A stretch of DNA of 60,913 nt from Acidobacteriota bacterium (GCA_016210925.1 JACQTF010000179.1:1-60913); one strand, 5' to 3'; positions 44,151 to 50,594 are shown, counted from the first letter of the stretch. Translations and numbers: made by a program. The notes: generated by a model from the letters alone, not told the origin.

Positions 44151-45680
44151 TTACGGATAGGGTTTGAAGTCCAGGATGGAGCCGTAGGCTTGGCGGTGTT
44201 CCTGGCGGATCCACTTCACCGGGTCGTTGGCGTAGTCCTTGAAGTAGTCGCCGGGCACGTTGATGCCGGGGATCGCGGGAATCCATGCCTCCCGGAGCAG
44301 CTCGTCCGGATTGCCGTATTTGGCCGCCAGCGTGCGAACCTCCGGATGATCCAGCGCCACCAGGCGCCCCTTGTCGATGACCTTCTGCTCCCCCCCGTCC
44401 CGCGTTTTGACCACATAGGTAGGGAAATAAAGATGGACATGGAAGTGGCTTCCCGGCAGGCCGCGGGAGGAGGCCCAGGCCGCGGATAACAACTGGCCGA
44501 TCCCCACGTGAATGACGCCCGACCGGTTGCGCTCGTAAATCCAGCCGCGACGTGCGATCTGAGACTCGAACACGTTGTGCGGTCTGACGATCCAGGGATG
44601 GGTCCCGATGGCGCTTTCCATCAGATACTTGCTTCCCGGCTCCGGGTAGTGGGGATACTGGATGTCCTTGGTCAGCTCCAGGAACTCCCGCCACAGCTCC
44701 CCGAAGCGGCCGCCCCCCTCGATGGAAACCACCTGATTGCGCTTGATCGCGATCTTCAGGTGGGGATAAGGCCCCATGTGGTCCGAGGCCCCCTGGATGA
44801 CGCCCTCCCCATCGGATTTGTCCAGAATGACGCCCTGGGGATGGCCCATGAGGTGGCTCTGAATCAGCGGAATTTCCGACCGGCCCGGACCATAGATGTG
44901 GGTGCCGCTCCCGGCCACCTTCAAAGTGGGGTGCAGGCCCTCGACCACCTGCCAGTACTCGTCCAGCCAGGTGAATCGATAGTCGGTCCCTTCGGGGTCC
45001 GTGAGGTGGACCTGGCGGGCCTGCCGCAGTCTCTCCCAGCCTTTCTCGTCCACCACCTTCAAGAGATCCATGGGATATTTCACGGACGCGTCCGCCAGCA
45101 TTTCCCGGGTGACCCAGTCCAGCCCGTATCCAATTTCCAGGTCATTCTCAGGCTGGCGGTAGGTGATCCCGATCACCTTGTCGTATCCCTGGGCTTTGGA
45201 CGTGTCCATCAGCCACTTGGACGAACGAAACAGCGGGGGCTCGCTGCCCGGACCCTTTCGTCGCGCTCTGGCCACGACCCGCTCCATCATGTCCACGGCC
45301 CCTTCGATCTTTGTCAGGGTCGCGTCAGTGATCAGGGTATCGACGGTGCAATTCAGCTCCTTGAATCCCCTCTCGAACGCCTCGATCACCAGAGGGTCCA
45401 ACGCCCTGGATACGACGAAGAGAATCTTCTCGCCCCCTTTGACCTCGTATCCGGGAAACTGGTTACCCGAATAGGGCATGGGCCGCTGGATGATGATCTT
45501 GGCGTTGGGGAGCAGCTCCTCGACGGAGGTGATCCGAGGTATCTTGGGATACCTCGGAGCGGGATAGCCCAAGGTATCCGGCTCGGGACTTGCAGCCGTC
45601 CTAAGCTCGAGCCAGAGAACCCCCGCCAAAAGGGATCCCAATAGAATAAAGACCGTGAGGATCTTTGCCATGAAGCTCAT
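44151..45680 (-). CDS. membrane-anchored/exported protein of the uncharacterised family, paralogue 3
   Basis: 509 aa. AGGAG precedes the ATG. N-terminal hydrophobic segment. Motifs are YPAPRYPK, LTDPEGTDYRF, ESAIGTHP, SGVIHVGIG, HFHVHLYF and EAWIPAIPGINVPGDY. Lies 13 nt downstream of the TRAP permease gene. Confidence 0.85.
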   Translation of the reverse strand: MSFMAKILTVFILLGSLLAGVLWLELRTAASPEPDTLGYPAPRYPKIPRITSVEELLPNAKIIIQRPMPYSGNQFPGYEVKGGEKILFVVSRALDPLVIEAFERGFKELNCTVDTLITDATLTKIEGAVDMMERVVARARRKGPGSEPPLFRSSKWLMDTSKAQGYDKVIGITYRQPENDLEIGYGLDWVTREMLADASVKYPMDLLKVVDEKGWERLRQARQVHLTDPEGTDYRFTWLDEYWQVVEGLHPTLKVAGSGTHIYGPGRSEIPLIQSHLMGHPQGVILDKSDGEGVIQGASDHMGPYPHLKIAIKRNQVVSIEGGGRFGELWREFLELTKDIQYPHYPEPGSKYLMESAIGTHPWIVRPHNVFESQIARRGWIYERNRSGVIHVGIGQLLSAAWASSRGLPGSHFHVHLYFPTYVVKTRDGGEQKVIDKGRLVALDHPEVRTLAAKYGNPDELLREAWIPAIPGINVPGDYFKDYANDPVKWIRQEHRQAYGSILDFKPYP

Positions 45681-45693
45681 CGTGATTCTCCTA

Positions 45694-47682
45694 TCAGTCC
45701 TCCTCCGGGGTGGTGAGGGCCTCCTTCCCCGCCAGGGCGAACCCGGCTGCGGCAGCAGAGGGTTCGGCGACGGTTCGGGGTTGAACGCGCTTCCATTCCA
45801 GGCCCTGGAGGATCAAAAGCAGAGCGAGCAAGGCCAGTCCGATCAGGTCAGCGACCAGGTGGGGGAAAATCAGGGCGACGCCCGCTACAACCGCCAAGGC
45901 TCTCATGGCGATCGTGAGAACGGTCAGAAGATAGCCCATCATGCCCGCGGCCAGAGCTATGACGCCGACGATGGAGAGGACGACCCTCCAGACCGTCTCC
46001 AGGCTGAAGCTCTGAAGCAGGAGCACAGGCTGGTAGACGAAGAAATAAGGAACCAGGAAGGCGACGATCCCCAGGCGACAGGCGGTCCAGCCGGTCTTCC
46101 ACGGACTGGCCTCCGCGATTCCAGCCGCCGCGTAGGCAGCCAGGGCTACCGGAGGAGTAATGGCCGCGATCCCTGCAAAATAGACTGCGAAGAGATGGGC
46201 CGGAAGAGGCTCGACCCCCAGCCGGATGACGGCGGGCACGGCGAGGACGGCGGTCAAAATGTAGGAAGCGGAGATCGTCATACCCATTCCCAGCAGAAGG
46301 CAGATCAGCATGACAAGGACGAGAGCAGGAAGGAGCATGCCCCCGCTGAGGCCCACCACCAGGCTGCTGACCTTGCCCGCCAAGCCGGTCGTAGAAATGG
46401 AGCCGGTGATGATCCCCGCGCCAGCGCAAACAGCCGAAATCACCACCGCGTTTTTAGCACCGCCTTCCAGAGCCTCGAGAATCTTCTTGGGACCCATCCG
46501 TGTCCTGCCCCTCAACGCCGCCATCCCCACGATGGCCACGATTCCCCAGACCGCTGAAAGAGAAGGGGTGTAGCCCCAGTAAAGCAACCCAACAATCAAT
46601 CCGACGGGGAGAAGATGCTGAGCCCCATCCCGCAACACGGAGCCGAGGCGCGGCATCTGATCGACCTGCATGGGCTTCAGGTTCCGTTTCAAGGCCCGAA
46701 AATGGATCATCATGAAGAGGGAGAGATAGTAGAGAAAGGCCGGAAACGCCGCCGCAATGGCGATCTTCAGGTAGGGAATGCCCGTCATCTCCGACATGAG
46801 AAAGGCCACCGCTCCCATGATGGGCGGAGCGATGGTACCGCCGGTAGATGCCACGGCCTCCACCGCGGCCGCAAAGTGTGGCATAAAACCTGCGCGACGC
46901 ATCATGGGGATGGTGAAAGCTCCCGTGGTGACCACGTTCGCCACCGGTGCCCCCGAGATCATCCCGAACAGCGCGCTGGCGAAGATCGCGATCTTGGCGG
47001 GCCCGCCCCGCAGCCGGCCCGCGCAAATTAAAGAGAACTCGTAGAAGAACTTGCTGGCACCTGCCTTGTCCAGAAAGACCCCGAAAAGCACAAACAGGAA
47101 AATGTAAGTCGCTGCCACCCCCAGCGGAATGCCGAAAATCCCCCCCTCTCGAGCAAGAAATTGGGCGTCCACCATACGCTCGACGGAAATGCCGCCATGG
47201 TAGAAAAGGCCCGGTAGCAGCGGCCCGGCAAACATGTACGCCAGGAAGCACATCACCACGCAGACGAAGCTAAAGCCCACCGTGCGCCGCGTCCCTTCCA
47301 AAATCAAGAAGATCAATGCGAGCCCGAAAAAGAAATCTCCCGCAGTCACGACGTCCGCCATCGCCCACCGGGAGAGGATTCGCTCAGAGTTCAGGAGGGT
47401 GTAGACCCCAGTTGTCAGGCTCACCGCGGCAAGAACCAGGTCGATGAGGGGGACACGGTCCAGAGAGCGCCGTCTCGAAAACGAATGGGTGAGAAACAGC
47501 AGCGGTAAGATGAAGGCCAGGTGAATCGCGCGAATCAGGTGAGGATCCAGCCTGCTCAGAGCCGCCACCCAAAGCTGATACAGCGATAAGCCGATGCCCA
47601 GGACCGAGCAGACGACCTTCAGCCAGCCGGTCAGGTTTCGCTTCTTACCCGTCCCCAGAAGATCGCTCAAGAACTGCTTCAT
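45694..47682 (-). CDS. TRAP transporter fused 4TM/12TM permease (TAXI-type system)
   Basis: 662-aa polytopic membrane protein. GGAGG precedes the ATG. Composition and length are typical of TAXI-associated fused DctQM-like permeases. Confidence 0.88.
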   Translation of the reverse strand: MKQFLSDLLGTGKKRNLTGWLKVVCSVLGIGLSLYQLWVAALSRLDPHLIRAIHLAFILPLLFLTHSFSRRRSLDRVPLIDLVLAAVSLTTGVYTLLNSERILSRWAMADVVTAGDFFFGLALIFLILEGTRRTVGFSFVCVVMCFLAYMFAGPLLPGLFYHGGISVERMVDAQFLAREGGIFGIPLGVAATYIFLFVLFGVFLDKAGASKFFYEFSLICAGRLRGGPAKIAIFASALFGMISGAPVANVVTTGAFTIPMMRRAGFMPHFAAAVEAVASTGGTIAPPIMGAVAFLMSEMTGIPYLKIAIAAAFPAFLYYLSLFMMIHFRALKRNLKPMQVDQMPRLGSVLRDGAQHLLPVGLIVGLLYWGYTPSLSAVWGIVAIVGMAALRGRTRMGPKKILEALEGGAKNAVVISAVCAGAGIITGSISTTGLAGKVSSLVVGLSGGMLLPALVLVMLICLLLGMGMTISASYILTAVLAVPAVIRLGVEPLPAHLFAVYFAGIAAITPPVALAAYAAAGIAEASPWKTGWTACRLGIVAFLVPYFFVYQPVLLLQSFSLETVWRVVLSIVGVIALAAGMMGYLLTVLTIAMRALAVVAGVALIFPHLVADLIGLALLALLLILQGLEWKRVQPRTVAEPSAAAAGFALAGKEALTTPEED

Positions 47683-47720
47683 TCACGAAACCTCCACTTC
47701 CAGGTCGATCCGGCGATACG

Positions 47721-48710
47721 TCAGAGCACTCCCTGTTCTCGGAAGAACCTTTCGGCTCCGGGGTGCAAAGGGACTCCGCCCACTTCCCTCATCCGCTTCG
47801 CCGTCAAACCCTTCAAAGAAACGTGCACGGTCCCGAGATAGTCCCGGTTGTCGTAAATGGACTTCAGCATCTCGTAAGCGAGGGCCTCCGGAGTTGCCTC
47901 ATGGATCACCAGGACGTCCGGGAACCCGATGGTCACGACTTCGCCCTCCTGGAACGGGTACGTCTTGGGAGGAATCCTTACCTCCAACACGCCAAATTCC
48001 TCAATGATTTTTTTTCGCACCGGCTCCTCGAGGGAAAGCAGCTTGAGATGATGGGTGGTAGATAGATCCAGGAACTGAGGCACGGGGATGGCTATATAAC
48101 TGAAAAGGGCGTTCGCCTTACCATCCCGAATCAGTTCCGAGACCGGGTTGATCGGCAGGAACAAGACCTGTCCGCCCCAGGACTCGATGTCCTTCAGCCT
48201 GACACCGTAGGCATCCAGGATCGCCTCGCTGATGATCGCCATGGATGAGCCACGAACGTTCAGCGAAACCAGCAAGGGGTACTTTTTCTCTTTGACTTCC
48301 GCCAGAGAGTTCAGTCCGGTTTTTTCGAGGACCACCGCCTGGCAGACCGCCGTCCGCAGGCCGCACAGCGCCCGAAGGGTGGGATAGGCCTCCTTGAAAG
48401 GCTCTTTGCCCACCCGCGCGCTGCGTACCGTGGGCGAATAGGCCATCGCGAGCTGGCCCTCCTGCCGGGCGATCCGCACCACGTTGGGGGCATCTTCACC
48501 CGGTTGCATCGTGACCTCGACGCCGGGAAGACCTTTGCGAATGCTCTCAGCGACTCCCTCCATGGTCGCCGCCCACCCCCCGCCCGGTGCTCCTCCGATC
48601 AAGGTCAGGTGCTTGGGATTCGAAAGATCCTCGCGGGACTTGCTGCACTGGAGGGCCACGACACCCAGAAGCGCCGCCGCGCCGAGAAAAAGAGATTTGG
48701 AATGCATCAT
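47721..48710 (-). CDS. TAXI-family TRAP solute-binding lipoprotein
   Basis: Start trimmed to MMHSKSLFLGAAALLGVVALQCS (lipobox). The LTLIGGAPGGGWAA motif is typical of TAXI receptors. Confidence 0.85.
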   Translation of the reverse strand: MMHSKSLFLGAAALLGVVALQCSKSREDLSNPKHLTLIGGAPGGGWAATMEGVAESIRKGLPGVEVTMQPGEDAPNVVRIARQEGQLAMAYSPTVRSARVGKEPFKEAYPTLRALCGLRTAVCQAVVLEKTGLNSLAEVKEKKYPLLVSLNVRGSSMAIISEAILDAYGVRLKDIESWGGQVLFLPINPVSELIRDGKANALFSYIAIPVPQFLDLSTTHHLKLLSLEEPVRKKIIEEFGVLEVRIPPKTYPFQEGEVVTIGFPDVLVIHEATPEALAYEMLKSIYDNRDYLGTVHVSLKGLTAKRMREVGGVPLHPGAERFFREQGVL

Positions 48711-48961
48711 AAGTTTCCTACTCCCCTGACAATTCATGGCCAGAGTGCGTCAAAAGGCTAAGCCATCTTATGCAAAACGGGTTCGCCTTGGCAAGCGCCG
48801 CAGACCGATTCACGCCAGCCTTGCTCGACGCTGCGGCCGGCCGAAATAAAAGAAAACCAAGCATATCATGACGGCCAATGATCCTGGAACGGCATTGAAC
48901 CGGAACCCGTTCAGGGGTCCGGCCTTTTTGTCCTGAGGCGCGGCACCCAGGGGAAAAGTAT

Positions 48962-49168
48962 CTAAGAACCGTCTTCAGTGGTGAGATATCTTTGAATGTC
49001 AGACACCAGCGAGGCGAGATCCAAGTTCTTCTTCGAAGCAACTGCTTCGAGGGTTTGATCCCCGGCGCATCATATGTCTGGCACGCGGCGGAGAAGGAAG
49101 CGCGTGACCTCCGGTTTGAGGGAGAGCAACTGGCGGACTGTCATTCCACGGATTTGTTCCGCAGTCAT
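48962..49168 (-). CDS. DUF1858-like small redox protein with in-frame TGA (candidate selenoprotein, U-C dyad)
   Basis: MTAEQIRGMTVRQLLSLKPEVTRFLLRRVPDI-TGA-CAGDQTLEAVASKKNLDLASLVSDIQRYLTTEDGS. The TGA is at 49070..49072, where family members carry the Cys-containing motif before ETLEEAA. A hairpin follows 19 nt downstream. Confidence 0.45.
49033..49050 (-). promoter_or_regulatory. SECIS-like hairpin downstream of the DUF1858-like TGA
   Basis: RNA UCGAAGC-AGUU-GCUUCGA has a perfect 7-bp stem and a loop containing GU. It starts 19 nt after the UGA. A possible GAUC/GAUC lower stem flanks it. Confidence 0.4.
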
Positions 49169-49198
49169 CGGCGCAGATCCTCCACTCCGTCCACTCCC

Positions 49199-49330
49199 CT
49201 ACAGCGTAATGACCTGATCCACACCCACCTTGCCCAGCGCCGCGTAAAGATCGGGAAAACAGCCGATTTGTGCCCCATCAATGAGATTCTTATCTATTTC
49301 TCGCTCGTAAGCGCACTGGTCACAAGCCAT
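49199..49330 (-). CDS. 43-codon CxxC mini-ORF with glutaredoxin-like ends
   Basis: MACDQCAYEREIDKNLIDGAQIGCFPDLYAALGKVGVDQVITL. CDQC and LIDGAQIGCFPDLYAAL resemble the Grx CPYC and FIxGxxIGGxDDLxAL motifs, but the middle is missing. Overlaps the IscU-like stop by 11 nt. Confidence 0.3.
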   Translation of the reverse strand: MACDQCAYEREIDKNLIDGAQIGCFPDLYAALGKVGVDQVITL

Positions 49331-49637
49331 AGCAGTGCATCTTCTCGGGCGGAATCGTGCCGAGAGCGTCGGAAAGCTCTTGCTCCGTCACGGACAGAGC
49401 ATCTTCCACGTCCTTGCCTTGGACCATTTCCGTGAGCGCGCTGGAACACGCCACGGAGGTGATGCAACCCTGTGTTTTGAATTTCACCTCCTGAATCCGG
49501 CCGTCTTCCACGCTCAAGGTGAGGAGGATGCGGATACTCCAGGGATTGTCTTGCTCCAGGTAAGAGCGGTTGGGCTGATCGACAACTCCAAGATTGCGTG
49601 GATGATGGAAATGGTCCAAAACGGGGCTGCGGAACAT
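49320..49637 (-). CDS. IscU/NifU N-terminal-like protein (atypical, first Cys ligand absent)
   Basis: MFRSPVLDHFHHPRNLGVV..., FKTQGCITSVACSSALTEMVQGK and PPEKMHC match IscU motifs. The NPxCGD motif reads NPWSIR. Confidence 0.7.
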   Translation of the reverse strand: MFRSPVLDHFHHPRNLGVVDQPNRSYLEQDNPWSIRILLTLSVEDGRIQEVKFKTQGCITSVACSSALTEMVQGKDVEDALSVTEQELSDALGTIPPEKMHCYGL

Positions 49638-49719
49638 TCCAACATCACCGGTGGGCGTCGCAGTCTACTTAGGGTTTCCGCACCCCGACCCTAAGCCTTC
49701 CCCGATTCCTATCCGCATC

Positions 49720-50196
49720 TCACCGTTTCGGAATCTTGAATTCCGCCACCTTCAGTTCAAGCGGATCGCCGGAATCATCGATGGTGCCAAGGATCCAGAT
49801 CGGATGGCCCGAGGGGACCTTTGGAGAATCTACCAGGAGAAGCTTATCCTTGCCGGCAACGAAGAATCGCTTCGATCCCTCTTCCTGGACACGCCCGCGG
49901 GCGGCAATTTGGAACCGGACAATCTCAACCTCCGCTCTTGCCACGGCAGCGCGAATGTCCTCCGGTTGGAAGCTGGTTCCCGGCTCATAGGTGATCTGCA
50001 CGGTCTGCTTTTGCAGGCTAATGGAAACATCGGCGACACCGTCCAGGCGTCGTAGGGCGACCTCCATGATCGCCGCGCAGGCCGCTCAGGTGATTCCTCT
50101 TGCATCGGCCAGCACCCTTTCCACCTGAGCCAGTGCCGGTGTGCTCGCCGCCGGTGCCAGTAGGGCCAGAAGTAACAACCGCGTCAGGCGCTTCAT
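49720..50196 (-). CDS. periplasmic HMA/MerP-like protein with TGA at the first Cys of the CxxC metal site (candidate selenoprotein)
   Basis: ATG 50196: MKRLTRLLLLALLAPAASTPALAQVERVLADARGIT-TGA-AACAAIMEVALRRLDGVADVSISLQKQTVQITYEPG... The TGA is at 50086..50088. The ORF track sees only 49720..50067. Confidence 0.7.
50056..50074 (-). promoter_or_regulatory. SECIS-like hairpin downstream of the HMA-protein TGA
   Basis: RNA GGCGAU-CAUGGAG-GUCGCC has a 6-bp stem (one G-U pair) and a 7-nt loop with GG. It starts 11 nt after the UGA. Confidence 0.4.
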
Positions 50197-50233
50197 CTCC
50201 TTGTCCCTTGAAGAAGACTGTGGGAGAAACCCG

Positions 50234-50554
50234 TTAACGATAGCGGAACCAAAGCGTCATCCACGCGCTGAGAACCAACAGGTTTACCCCAATGCTCGCC
50301 CCCAGAATTGCCTTCATGCCCCTGGTCCGAAGAGAGGGAGGACGGCGATAGACGAGCGAACCCTGGTAGGCGAGTGCGCCCAGCGCTACCCCGATAAACA
50401 CCGGCTGCAAACGTTCCAGCCAGAAGAGGCAAGTGACGTTGAGGAGCGAAAAGAGGCCAAGTCCTGCCAGGACTTGCGGAAGCACTCATCAGCTCGGCGT
50501 GAGGAGGGCAGCCGCAATCGCCAGCAGTCCCATGCGTTTCGGATCCGATTTCAT
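50234..50554 (-). CDS. MerT-like membrane protein with tandem in-frame TGA-TGA at the vicinal Cys-Cys position (candidate di-selenocysteine protein)
   Basis: ATG 50554: MKSDPKRMGLLAIAAALLTPS-TGA-TGA-VLPQVLAGLGLFSLL...LERLQPVFIGVALGALAYQGSLVYRR... TGA codons are at 50489..50491 and 50486..50488. The ORF track sees only 50234..50485. Confidence 0.7.
50458..50476 (-). promoter_or_regulatory. SECIS-like hairpin downstream of the MerT-like TGA-TGA
   Basis: RNA CAAGUCC-UGGCA-GGACUUG has a perfect 7-bp stem and a 5-nt loop containing GG. It starts 9 nt after the second UGA. Confidence 0.5.
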
Positions 50555-50594
50555 GTGACCCGACTACCACTATACGGACCGGCCACTCCACCTG

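Noticed and set aside
43732-44694. N-terminal 320 aa of ORF 43405..44694, and the 131-aa extension of the vapB frame
   Set aside because: Only the last 108 codons form a PIN domain with its own ATG overlapping vapB. The upstream part runs antisense through repeat locus D and gene 44151..45680, and has shadow-ORF composition.
48880-48935. Hairpin plus T-run (ccggaacccgttcaggggtccgg followed by ccttttt) as the terminator of the selenoprotein operon
   Set aside because: The T-run follows the hairpin on the plus strand, but no plus-strand gene ends upstream of it. On the minus strand the run precedes the stem. Its orientation is wrong for the minus-strand operon, so I made no call.
49320-49322. 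Selenocysteine readthrough of the IscU-like stop codon (HCYGL-TGA)
   Set aside because: Reading through gives PVRLRARNR-stop, which resembles nothing in IscU. The TGA is not at a Cys-equivalent position, and I saw no suitably placed hairpin.
48962-50554. Alternative genetic code (TGA read as Trp or Gly) as the explanation for the in-frame TGAs
   Set aside because: Many well-supported genes in the window end at TGA with classic ATGA/GTGA coupling. Examples are the cox-like S/L junction at 34735..34738, tctC/tctB at 52597, livM/livG at 55237..55240 and vapB/vapC at 43728..43731. The in-frame TGAs occur only at Cys-equivalent redox or metal positions, and the DNA is high-GC. This pattern fits site-specific Sec recoding, not genome-wide reassignment.
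49720-50554. Canonical mercury-resistance (mer) operon
   Set aside because: Only MerT-like and MerP-like genes are present. I found no merA, merR, merB, merC or merD in the window. The MerT-like protein also lacks the second (cytoplasmic-loop) Cys pair. I therefore describe the genes as MerT/MerP-like and do not assign mercury resistance.
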